A stretch of DNA of 64,000 nt from Eledone cirrhosa. Taxonomy: Eukaryota. Made by a program: the position numbers and the translations under genes. Below the pieces are notes generated by a model, which was given only the letters and a program-made list of their open reading frames with translations, did no database searches and had not been told where the DNA came from. Shown here one piece after another: positions 52,101-64,000 of this stretch. Every line of letters starts with the position of its first letter. Position 1 is the stretch's first letter. The stretch spans positions 558,001 to 622,000 of the forward strand of contig OZ024764.1 of the NCBI GenBank assembly GCA_964016885.1, in the 5' to 3' direction.

Positions 52101-53102
52101 CGTACACATGTTTTTGGTCACTATTCAATAAAGGTTCCCTTTCTTCTACAAATTGTCGCTGTTCTTCTTTGCTGTATTGAAATTCATGCAATAACTCCAA
52201 ATTGCCAATATCCTGATTAGCGACAATATTATTTGGCCTTGGCAAGTTAAAGTCACTAAGACTTTTGCCCAGGTCGTTAAGTTTGTCTTCAAAATACAGA
52301 AGACATTGATCATAATGTCTCTCGCTAATCAAAAGGCTAGAGTTTCTTGTAGCTCTTTTTTCTATCGGAAGGTAATCCTCAGACAGCGAATTCTTAAATC
52401 GAGCCCATAAAGCATTGGAATTGTCAATTTCCGTATTTGTGAGGAGCACGATGAATAGATCTCTCATGGCTTTGGGAAGCCTTGTTCGCTCAGCATCTTC
52501 CAGAGTCTGCTGCCAATGTTCATCTGATTGAAGCAGACCTTTCTCTCTGCAAACGTCTTTGAATAATGGCAGGAGTTCTCCATCACACATTTTCAAAGAG
52601 TTGAAAGATACTGGTCCTTTGACGTGATGCAGAAGGAGTTTTAAATAATACAGGTCACCACTTCGTGGGGAAACAGTGTACACTCGTCCCAAAACGTTCG
52701 CCTCAAAAATTCCTGGATACTGCTCAACTGTTTTCCCCACTTTCCTCCTTTCCCATCTCTTATTATTCCATGTGTAAAACTTTGGTACATCGGCATAATA
52801 CAATGTTTTTGCAAACGGATCGCGAGTGCAAAGATCCATGAACTCAGTCAGAGTTGTCTTAGCCATGTTATTGTTTACTTTAACAGCAGCATTGACCCGA
52901 AAGAAGATTTGATTTTTCTCAGGTAGATGAACTTGAAGGCGAACTACGGTCGGTTCCCTCTCATGAATTGGAAATCCAAGTACCGAGGCAACAGCTTCTG
53001 AAGGACCGATATATCTTCCTGTTAAATTCTGTGTTATCTCATCTTCCCTGTTCACTCCAAACATTGCTTGATCACTGCCCTTCATGGTATATTTTATAAC
53101 GT
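52101..53102 (-). mobile_element. Helitron A fragment, duplicate copy
   Basis: Matches 41710-42711. Confidence 0.9.
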
Positions 53103-53103
53103 A

Positions 53104-56081
53104 CTAGCGGAGCTACCCGGCTTCGCTCAGTGTTAAAAAGCTTATTTTGAAAAGAATAATATTAACATTTTAATCGTTATTTAAAAACTTCTGTAATTTA
53201 GTTTCTATTTTTTAGATTTTAACATTTATCTTTAAATGACTGAATGACTGACGAATTTAAAGAAAATTCGTTATAAGAACATTTAATTTGTTTTACTGAA
53301 GTGCTTTTGGGTACACAATGTTTTTTGTTTTTCCTTCTGGTGCGTACACGAATAAATCAGAAGGTTTACCGACGCGTGAGCAAGCCACATACAGCTGTCC
53401 ATGTGAGAAGCATAGATTTTCTAAATTTAGTCCACACACTTGTAGCGATTGTCCTTGTGCTTTGTTGATAGTCATTGCAAAGGCGAGTCGCACCGGAAAC
53501 TGCAAACGTTTGAAATCGAATGGCGTATCTGTTGGAATGATTGGGATGCGTGGCAAGAGTACATCTTCTCCTTTAAATTTTCCATTTAAAATTGTAGCCT
53601 CGATGATATTGTTCATCGTCTTATTCACTGAAAGTCTGGTACCGTTGCAAAGTTGTGGTGGATTGATATTTCGGAGAAGGATGATAGGCACGCCAATTTT
53701 CAATGTTAAAATGTGCGGTGGCATGCCTGGCAAATCAAGTGAATTCAAGAATTCAATTGGATAATTGATAATTTTGTCTTGATTCATTACAGTATCGATG
53801 GACTTATACGTTGTCGCTTCGCCTGGTATTTCGTTTTGAATGCTGAAATTAATGGCATTGACATCGGTGTTTTTGGCTGCTAATATAGCACGTACACTGA
53901 GCCACTGATGATTTTTGTAATGCTGCGCAATATTTGGGAACACTTTGTGAATCAGTTCGTCTCTGGTTGCCGTGATTCTACAGAAGTTTGTTGGCAATGT
54001 GATACATTTTGTGGAATCATCGATTACCATTTTTCCCATTCCCAATATCCAGCAATTGTTTTGTGAAACGTTCAGCGGATGCGTCATTTTGTAGTTGTAC
54101 ACGCATATTGTTTTTTAAAGTTAATTTCTGTACGTGTCGCCATAAAACTGATGATTTGAGACATGCATTAAGCTCATCAGCGGGTGTTGATCGCGGTATA
54201 ACTGGTAGAGTTTGTCGAAAATCACCAGACAATAAAATGAGTGTGCCACCGAAGAGCTGTTCATTTCCTTTCAAATCTTTTAGCGTATTATTAAGCGCTT
54301 CCAATGATTTTTTGTGCGCCATAGTACATTCGTCCCATATAAGGATTTTACATGATTGGAGTACTTTACCTATACCAGAATTTTTGGTAATATTGCATGT
54401 TGATGTCTCAGCGATTTGCATATTCAATGGCAATTTCAGGGCTGAATGTGCTGTTCGGCCACCATCTAAAAGAGTTGCCGCAATTCCAGATGATGCGATT
54501 GCCAGTGCAATATTATTTTCTGATCGTATAGTTGCCAAAATAAGTGAAATGAGAAAAGTTTTGCCTGTACCACCGGGCGCATCTATAAAATAGAATCCGC
54601 CGCTTTGACTTATAATTGCCTGCATAATTTGGTCATATACTATGCGTTGTTCTGGTAGCAATTTGGGAAGATTCGTTTGAACAAATGTACCCAATTCGGC
54701 GACATCAAAGTTTGTTTCTCGTTGCAAATCACGATCGAAAATGTCGTTTACAGATCGATTCGGCGCAGGCATTCCCAATTGTACCAGTGTTTTGTTAGCG
54801 ATTGCTAAACATATGACCTCAATGGAAACCAATGCTTCATTATACACATTTGGTGTGAATTGAATATTCATATTTTGATTTGTTGCACGCAAACGATGTA
54901 GGATGTCTTCACTCATGTAGTCTTTATATTTTTCCCAAAGATCTTTTGGATTTGATGGGAAGCACGTTGTCAATATTATTGAGAATAATGTGCGTATTTG
55001 CTTTGGTCGAGCAGTATTCGATGCATCAGCGAGTGAAGTGTCCCAATGTCCATCATTTTCAAGAAGATTTAATTCTTGGCAAGCTTCACGATAAGTGGCA
55101 CATACTTGACCGTTTACTGTTCTCAATTCTTGTCTCCAAAAACATGATGCTTGACAATGAAATCGATTAAAGATTTCAATTTTTGTTTGAACACACGCGC
55201 TGTAATATCATGACGATCCGAAGATGATTGACCAGGTAACAGCGTCCGGCAGTGGTAGTAGTGATCCAGCACGATGATAAATTTGCCCTTGCACTTTGAA
55301 TGTTGGCATGTAATTCTCGCGCACGATATTTGTTGCACCGAACGATGTCATTTGGAAACATGAATTGTACTTGCGTATGTTTGCCAAGAAATGTTTAGAT
55401 TCGCTTGTGTCACCTGATACTAACGTTGATAATGGTTCAGGTGGTGGATGGAATTCTGGCAATTTCACTTTTCCACCCGAGCAGCACTTTCCTGGTGTTT
55501 CATTTTTAAATTTGAGGGCACCACAATACCCGCATAATTTATCCATTTTTCCAATAATCACATTTGGATGAAGACTGTAATCACAATTTGAATCGTAATG
55601 AAATGCACCAAGATTGAAATCATCGTGCAGTATTCTTCTTGTGAGAGCATTGCGTAGTCGATTCGTTTCCAATCTTGCTTCCCGTTGCTCGTCTGTTTCA
55701 GATGAACGGGCTTGAGCAGTTCTTACTCGAACGGTTTGCAATCTTGCTTCCCGTTGCTCGTCTGTTTCAGATGAACGGGCTTGAGCAGTTCTTACTCGAA
55801 CGGTTTGCAATCTTGCTTCCCGTTGCTCGTATGTTTCAGATGAACGGGCTTGAGCAGTTCTTACTCGAACGGTTTGCAATCTTGCTTCCCGTTGCTCGTA
55901 TGTTTCAGATGAACGGGCTTGAGCAGTTCTTACTCGAACGGTTTGCAATCTTGCTTCCCGTTGCTCGTATGTTTCAGATGAACGGGCTTGAGCAGTTCTT
56001 ACTCGAACGGTTTCCAATCGTGATTCCCGTTGCTCGTATGTTTCTGAAGCTCGTAATGCATATTTTTTCGTTGCTTGAGGG
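53104..56081 (-). mobile_element. Helitron B, duplicate copy
   Basis: Identical ORFs at +10391. Confidence 0.92.
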
Positions 56082-56331
56082 GTAGATTGACCAATCGCTC
56101 GTAGTAATATCAAATAGATTACTATATGTGTTTCTGGTCCAGTATTCATTCTGAAATTCCAGTAGTGTTAGTCTAGCATGTGTAATAATATTAATGTCAT
56201 CCAAAGTTAAGTTAGATCTATTTTTAGCAAATATCAAGGCTTTGTTCAGGAGTATAGGTGATATAGAAGAATAGTAATTATCTATATCAAATTGTAGAAA
56301 TGAAGCAGAGGATTTATATCTAATATATTAA

Positions 56332-58889
56332 CCCTTTAGCATTCACATTGAATTGTCAAATGTCATGTTCATCTATTCGCATTATTTTCACTTAATTATA
56401 CTCAAGAGGGTTATCAATTTTATTTGTTTGTAATTACTTTAATTTTCTATGTGCAGACTTGAAATTTTGTCAGTAGACGTTTAAAGAACTATAATTTACA
56501 ATTATATATTTTTACCTGATTTTTTTTTGTTAAATTTGACTTTTATGGGCAGGTAAAATTAATTAACAGGTGTAAAAGTAATAACTTTATGGATAAACAC
56601 AAAAATTTAAACTTTATCTGCCTTACCTGTTAGATTTGTTGCAAAAAAATCCAATAATGATCTAGATGCTGATTTCCATCAATTCTAGCAGTTTTCCGAA
56701 CAGGTGAATTAATTAAAAATGCAGGTGTAATCAGTACAATGTTTTAGTCTTTCTCTACATTCCAGGCAAATATTTTCATTGAAAAAAATGTATAAAACCT
56801 TTTCACCAGTCAAAATAATATTGGCAATGTACTCTTACACAATGTACGGTGTAAAATTACGTAACAGAATGTTCCCAATATATAAGTTCATTAACAGGTG
56901 TGTCACAGGTGAATGCAGGTGTTTTTGTATATGTGTGCTAATATATTTTAAAAATAGTGTTTTCAATATTGTTAGACAATATTTCTATCGTGATACTGCC
57001 CAAAGCACCCTTTACATAAGGGCACTTTGCAAAAGGAACACATAAATAGGGTTTGGATTGCGTAACCTTTAACAGTTTTTCTCTTTTGCAAAGAGCACAA
57101 TCGGCAAACCTTCCTCCTACCATCAATTCTCTCCACTTTATGAAAATCAATATTTTCTTTGTGGACCACTGCTAATTTTGATTTTTTTTCCCAGCTTTGT
57201 GTTTGCGAGAAGTATATCCCCCACGTAGCTGGGATGCAATGTCCACGCGAAATTTCATGTGGCAGTAGTCCTTTGGTGGTGGCGGATCCTTGTGGCTTTT
57301 AGTAAATACAATATAAGAATTCACAATGGTTAAATTCACTAAAAACCACAAGATGTATCTCCACCATTTCTTTCCAGGGCGTCCAACTGGGTAATACGCG
57401 CAATATTGGTCGGATTTGTCAACCCCACCCATATATTTATTGTAGGAGAGGTTAACTAAAGGTCTACCCTCAGCCCCAACACCTGGTTGTTGGTTAGAAC
57501 TCAGGAACAAAATTTGCCGTTTGTCTTTGAACACTGCGGCTAACATGTTCTCTTTTTGCATTTGGAGAATGTCTCCTCTGTTTTTTAGTTTCGCAACTTT
57601 TATTTCTTGGGGTAGCCCTTTCCGATTGCTCATTATTGTGCCGCAGGTGTACGTATTTACAAGAGCAAGATCCTCTGCTAAAAGCACCGAAGAAAAAAAA
57701 ACGGTCATAATAAATGTGTCTGTGTTGAAAGTGGAAGGGTTGAGTCAGCGACCACACAACATCATAACCCAACCTGTGCTTTCTCTCTCCGTTAAGTTTT
57801 TTTCCTGTGTAAACATCAAAGTTTACACAGTATCCCGTGTCCGATTCACACTTCCCACACTTTGATGCCCCATTTGGTGGGTTTAGCTGGCATATACTGT
57901 CTGAAATGAACCCTACCCTTATATCCAATCATAGCTTCATCAACACTAAGATTTTTTCCAGGTATATACATACTTTTAAATTTTTCCATCAACATTTCAA
58001 TTAATGGTCGTACTTTGTACAGTGGGTCGTAATTCGATTCATTTCTACCAGGGGCATTTGTAGTATCAACCAGATGCAAATACTGGTTTAATTTTATAAA
58101 TCTCGTTTTGGCCATAATACTAGATATATAAGGGTCACCAAACCTTATATCAGTACTCCAATAATTCCACAGTCGTGGAAATTGTTTAATACCAAACATA
58201 ATGTTTATGGTAAAAAACGCTTTCATTTCGGCAGAATCTGTCGGACGCCATAAAAGATCGGGATTTGCTCGATTAGAAATCTGTTGTTGTGCATAGCGAT
58301 TTGTCTCCTCTGCCACAACTTCGAAGAAAGTTTGTGGTAGAAATAAAAAAAAAATAATCCAGAGCTTTAGCATCGGGTGGTAATGTGTGTTGTGGTCCAG
58401 AATTTTCATTAAAATCCGAAACATGTATCGGTGTTGTTTCTTTCAACCACGTTGGTGTTTTTTCAATGGTGTCAGATATCTCTTCGCTTTCACTTTCAAA
58501 GTGACTATCATCATCATCAGATATATCAGAAATAAATATATCTGATTCATTTGAAGATAAATCACTGATATTATCTTCTGTTTCTTTGTTATCTTGAATG
58601 TCGTATGATGTGAAACCTTCAAAATCGTTGTCGCTGCTTTCGGAAGCCATGTTACAATTTCAAAGTTAAAAACACGTGTTATCACAAGGTCTTTAACTAT
58701 ACTAAGAGTTAATTTTCGCGCGTAAGGGCTTTATCTCGCTGTAATCTCGAATTGACGAGATTTTGATGATGTCAATGTTTATTTTTAGAAGGATATCTAC
58801 GAGTGGTCTGAAATGTCGGTTTTTGTCGGTTTGAATAAATGAAAGGGGACATAATTTTGTCGGTTTTTGTCGCTTTGAACGCTAAAGGG
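56332..58889 (-). mobile_element. piggyBac, duplicate copy
   Basis: Same TTAA/TIR ends and ORFs. Confidence 0.94.
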
Positions 58890-59190
58890 TTAAACCACTC
58901 AATAACCTCACCAGTTCCCTTCCACAAGTTTAAGTTAGGTAAACCATGTAAGTTTTTAACCTGCTGTATCACCCTGTCTAGAATGTTTTTGCTAAGTTTA
59001 CCCAGGTCAGATTTTCATGGTGCAATCAATCTGACTGGCAAATCATTTTCAAAATTTCTTTTGTGATCTTTCATATTGATCTTAGGTTTCTTTTCTTTTA
59101 AGGCCCTAGACACTCTAGGGAGTGATGAAAGTATTCTTAGCGTTTTGATATATTGATATCTGTTGTCTATTCTATACATGAACAATAATC

Positions 59191-61671
59191 ATGTATGTGA
59201 GGGCAGGAATATTTATATTACGGCAGGATGGCACGGGTCCGCCACAGTTACAGGCTAAATTTCTACTAGTGCAGCCTAAATCACAGTACACGCTTTACAT
59301 AAATACATTACATCACAACTCATGCGCATACAGAGGTACAGATCAACAAGATATACGTCAGGATAGGTCCACCAATGCACTAATGGTGGGTAGGCCAGCG
59401 TTGATGGGTTACATCCACTGTACCAAACAGGGGTGCTTATTAACATACACTCCCCTGCACACCCCAATATCAAGGTCAATATCCTCCCACAGGCATACGT
59501 ATACATTCACAGACTCGTATACATAGACGACCAACATTAGGAGACAGTTACACTCAGTCAGAGACAGTTACACAAGACAGCCCAACTGGAGGAATAAGGA
59601 CGTGCTAGCTAACAGGTTTAAAGTAGAAGAAAGAGCTTAATATTCGGTGGGGGCAAGAGGAAAAAATTTCAGACTTTCTATTTAGTAGAGGGCATTTAGC
59701 AAATATAATAGAGTGGGATTCGGCAAGGCACAGGTTGCATACTCTACTATGAGGAGTATATGGATGGGATTTAGCAACCTGCCGCCAAGTAAGTGTGTAA
59801 GGTGTTCGTGCATTTTTTAAATTATGGACGTACGCTGCCAAGGAGGTGGAGTTCTTCAGTTTATTATGTCTAAAAGTGCATTGATGAGAGTTAAACCTGG
59901 TCTTAAAGGGGGTGGAAGTTGATCCTATATAGGTCATAGTGGACGCCGTAGTTACCACATCACACGCATAAACTATGTTTCTAACAAGGCAGAAACCATT
60001 CAGGGGGCAGCCCGAAGCCCTTCTACAGTTACAACCTCTGGTGATGCTATTCTCAGAAAGATCACCACCAGTGCTACTGCCCACTCTATCCACTACCGTG
60101 TTTTCCCCTAGGCTTAGGTTGTCCAGGCCTTCCTTTATTTTCTTATTATTAGTAATGGCCAGATGAGAGGCCAGATTTTGGGTTGTAGAATACGAAAGTT
60201 TAACAACATTCTTATTGAGGATAGAGTGGTACCTATTACCAGGAGGGAAGTTCCGTTCTAGCACAGAGAAGAAGGCCCTAGGAATATTTGTAGCCACTTC
60301 AGAATTAAAAGGGGGGTTGAAGTATGTATTCAATCTTCTTCTATTCTTTTTATTCTTTCTATTTCCATCAGTATTATTAGCATTATTATTTCTACGGTTC
60401 CTATGCTCACCTAGTCTATGCGGGGAGCTGCGAGGCCCACCATTGCTATTACTTAGACTAATGGTGCCATGCTGGTTCATTCCACCGGCATCTAGAAACC
60501 TCCCGTTCACGACACCTCTATTGTTATTACTTAGACTAATGGTGCCCTGCTGTTTCATTCCACCGGCATTTAGAACCCTCCCATTCGCGACACCTCGATT
60601 ACCAATGGACATATTATGTGTTATAACAACACTGGTAGAGCTACTATTAGGACCATTATTTCCCTGGGTGTAATACAATTTGTCCCTAAAGCCGGATCTA
60701 GCTAAGGCGTCGTTATAGTAATCAGCCTGCGAGTCAAACGCCTCCTCACTATGTGAGAGTGAACTTATTCTATTAGATACGCCCTTCAGTATACCGCTGA
60801 TGACAGACCTAGGGTGGTTGGAGTAAATGAAAGGGGACATAATTTTGTCGCTTTGAACGCTAAAGGGTTAAACCAGTTAATTACCTGGGATGTGTTTTCC
60901 CAGAGTGGTAAATTAACATGTTTTCTTATTTGTGGGATGACTCTATCTAAAATTTTTTTACTAATTATTCCAATATCAGATTTGGAAGGGCATATAAGTC
61001 TTATAGAAGGATTATAGTTAAAGTTTGATTTATGATCTTTCAGGTTGAAGTGTGGTCTTTTCAATGCCAAAGATTCAGTTCTATCTTCAATATTAAGTCT
61101 ATTCACTATGCTGTGTGTTTTGTTGTTGATGTTGGTAAGTGACGCATTATTTGATTTTCTATAATTTTTCCTGAGTTCTTTGTATATGAACTCATTGTAA
61201 TTTTCAATATCCATGTGATATAGATTTCCAGTTTTGTCCGAGTGGACATGGATTTTTTTAGATTTTTTTTAGGTCCTTTTGAAAGTTAGATTTATACCTC
61301 TTAAATTTGAGGTGTTTGATTAAATTAAAAATGTCTTTCTCAAAGTTTTCAAGTAGAGAGTTGTGTGGTGGAATTTTATATGTAGTGAAATCATAGATAT
61401 TTCCTATCTGTACATTTTGATTTTTTATCGAAGTGGTAGGCCCTCCATCTGACTCTTCTGATAAATTGGTTGGTTTTTTGTATCATAAGAAGTAAGAAAT
61501 CATCCTTAGAAGGTAATGGTATATTCTTTAAAGAAGTTCCCAAGTATTGTTTTTCCATTGTGATATGGATAATGGACAAGAAAAAGAGCTCAACTATTTG
61601 TATATGGAGTTATAAAGCCATACATACAGTGGCGGACATGAAAGTAAGAACACTTTTTATTTTGCATGGAA
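59191..61671 (-). mobile_element. Naiad-like Penelope element, duplicate copy
   Basis: ORF 59605-60840 is identical to 49214-50449. Confidence 0.9.
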
Positions 61672-61674
61672 GCA

Positions 61675-62491
61675 TTAAGACTTGGAAGCATTAATACAAA
61701 CATTATATCTCTGTAAACGACGAAATACGAGATCCAGATGCTTTGAATGCTGCTGAGGGGAAGAACTAGCAATCAACACGTCATCGATATACGTGTACAC
61801 ACAATCCAGGCCCCGAGTAATATCATCCATAAATCGTTGGAAGGTACTTGCAGCATTTCTAAGGCCGAAAGGCATAGTGAGGAAATCGAATGATCCGAAA
61901 GGAGTGGCAATAGCAGTCTTTGGGATATCCTCCTTTTTAACCGGAATTTGATTATAAGCGCGGATCAAATCAAGCTTAGAAAAGATTCTGCAACCCTGCA
62001 ATGACGATGCAAAATCCTGCAAATGCGGGATTGGATAACGGTCAGGCACAGTAATCGCGTTTAAGCGTCGGTAGTCACCCGTCGGTCTCCAATCACCAGA
62101 AGATCTAGATACCATATGTAGAGGCGATGCCCAAGGACTTGTGGAGCGCCGAATTATTCCCAATTCCAGCATGTGGTCGAATTCAAGGCGTGCAGCTTTC
62201 AACTTCATCTTCGAGGACGTGAGAAAACAGGTGGACCTGTAATGGATATGAAGTGTTCAATCGCATGATCCGGGCTAGTTATTTGTAACTTTCCCTGCGT
62301 CAACTGAGGGAATGAATGTAACAGGCTTTGATACTGGTTGCCCACTTCAACCAAGAAAAAGGAAGGGCTGATAGTGGCGACGTCCGGCTCTGAACCCTCG
62401 AAAGAAAGGCCTGTTTCAGCATCAAAAAGGCGTTGTCTGCGAATGTCCACCAACAAGGAAAAATGGTGGAGAAAATTCGCTCCCAAAATGG
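61675..62491 (-). mobile_element. Gypsy pol fragment, duplicate copy
   Basis: ORF identical to 51284-51817. Confidence 0.92.
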
Positions 62492-64000
62492 CGTACACAT
62501 GTTTTTGGTCACTATTCAATAAAGGTTCCCTTTCTTCTACAAATTGTCGCTGTTCTTCTTTGCTGTATTGAAATTCATGCAATAACTCCAAATTGCCAAT
62601 ATCCTGATTAGCGACAATATTATTTGGCCTTGGCAAGTTAAAGTCACTAAGACTTTTGCCCAGGTCGTTAAGTTTGTCTTCAAAATACAGAAGACATTGA
62701 TCATAATGTCTCTCGCTAATCAAAAGGCTAGAGTTTCTTGTAGCTCTTTTTTCTATCGGAAGGTAATCCTCAGACAGCGAATTCTTAAATCGAGCCCATA
62801 AAGCATTGGAATTGTCAATTTCCGTATTTGTGAGGAGCACGATGAATAGATCTCTCATGGCTTTGGGAAGCCTTGTTCGCTCAGCATCTTCCAGAGTCTG
62901 CTGCCAATGTTCATCTGATTGAAGCAGACCTTTCTCTCTGCAAACGTCTTTGAATAATGGCAGGAGTTCTCCATCACACATTTTCAAAGAGTTGAAAGAT
63001 ACTGGTCCTTTGACGTGATGCAGAAGGAGTTTTAAATAATACAGGTCACCACTTCGTGGGGAAACAGTGTACACTCGTCCCAAAACGTTCGCCTCAAAAA
63101 TTCCTGGATACTGCTCAACTGTTTTCCCCACTTTCCTCCTTTCCCATCTCTTATTATTCCATGTGTAAAACTTTGGTACATCGGCATAATACAATGTTTT
63201 TGCAAACGGATCGCGAGTGCAAAGATCCATGAACTCAGTCAGAGTTGTCTTAGCCATGTTATTGTTTACTTTAACAGCAGCATTGACCCGAAAGAAGATT
63301 TGATTTTTCTCAGGTAGATGAACTTGAAGGCGAACTACGGTCGGTTCCCTCTCATGAATTGGAAATCCAAGTACCGAGGCAACAGCTTCTGAAGGACCGA
63401 TATATCTTCCTGTTAAATTCTGTGTTATCTCATCTTCCCTGTTCACTCCAAACATTGCTTGATCACTGCCCTTCATGGTATATTTTATAACGTACTAGCG
63501 GAGCTACCCGGCTTCGCTCAGTGTTAAAAAGCTTATTTTGAAAAGAATAATATTAACATTTTAATCGTTATTTAAAAACTTCTGTAATTTAGTTTCTATT
63601 TTTTAGATTTTAACATTTATCTTTAAATGACTGAATGACTGACGAATTTAAAGAAAATTCGTTATAAGAACATTTAATTTGTTTTACTGAAGTGCTTTTG
63701 GGTACACAATGTTTTTTGTTTTTCCTTCTGGTGCGTACACGAATAAATCAGAAGGTTTACCGACGCGTGAGCAAGCCACATACAGCTGTCCATGTGAGAA
63801 GCATAGATTTTCTAAATTTAGTCCACACTTGTAGCGATTGTCCTTGTGCTTTGTTGATAGTCATTGCAAAGGCGAGTCGCACCGGAAACTGCAAACGTTT
63901 GAAATCGAATGGCGTATCTGTTGGAATGATTGGGATGCGTGGCAAGAGTACATCTTCTCCTTTAAATTTTCCATTTAAAATTGTAGCCTCGATGATATTG
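62492..64000 (-). mobile_element. Third copy of the Helitron A fragment and Helitron B 3' end
   Basis: ORF 62205-63476, Helitron terminus at ~63495, and a 2-bp deletion at ~63825. Confidence 0.9.

Larger units (their letters stand above)
41710..64000. repeat. Tandem segmental duplication, period 10,391 bp (41710-52100, 52101-62491, and 62492 to the window end, partial)
   Basis: The ORF track repeats at +10391 (42694/53085/63476). I noticed only three differences between copies. Confidence 0.97.

Noticed and set aside
51814-53085. Novel Helitron-Gypsy fusion gene (also 62205-63476)
   Set aside because: An in-frame by-product of the duplication breakpoint (DQKHVY|AILGANFL). It has neither a complete helicase nor a complete protease.

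Overview
Eukaryotic, AT-rich animal DNA. The SINE and microsatellite landscape resembles an octopod cephalopod, which is an inference rather than a database result. The window has two very different halves. (1) About 1-23.2 kb holds the last nine coding exons of a + strand FKBP6/Shutdown-like gene (end of the FKBP domain, TPR repeats, and an R3H-like C-terminal extension), which I spliced by hand with GT-AG boundaries and consistent phases. Its introns are full of tRNA-derived SINEs, MITEs, a maT-like mariner and large satellites. (2) From about 23.9 kb to the window end lies an almost spacer-free mosaic of mobile-element and viral fragments: Merlin, L1/Tx1-like, Penelope/Naiad, at least five Helitron pieces, Gypsy, piggyBac, parvovirus NS1 and VP1, and a dead ankyrin exon. 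By my count 18 of 19 distinct coding fragments are on the - strand, i.e. antisense to the FKBP6 direction. The region ends in a near-identical 10,391-bp tandem duplication. The best interpretation is a flamenco-like uni-strand piRNA cluster, containing an endogenous parvoviral element, immediately downstream of a piRNA-biogenesis gene. This needs small-RNA data to confirm.
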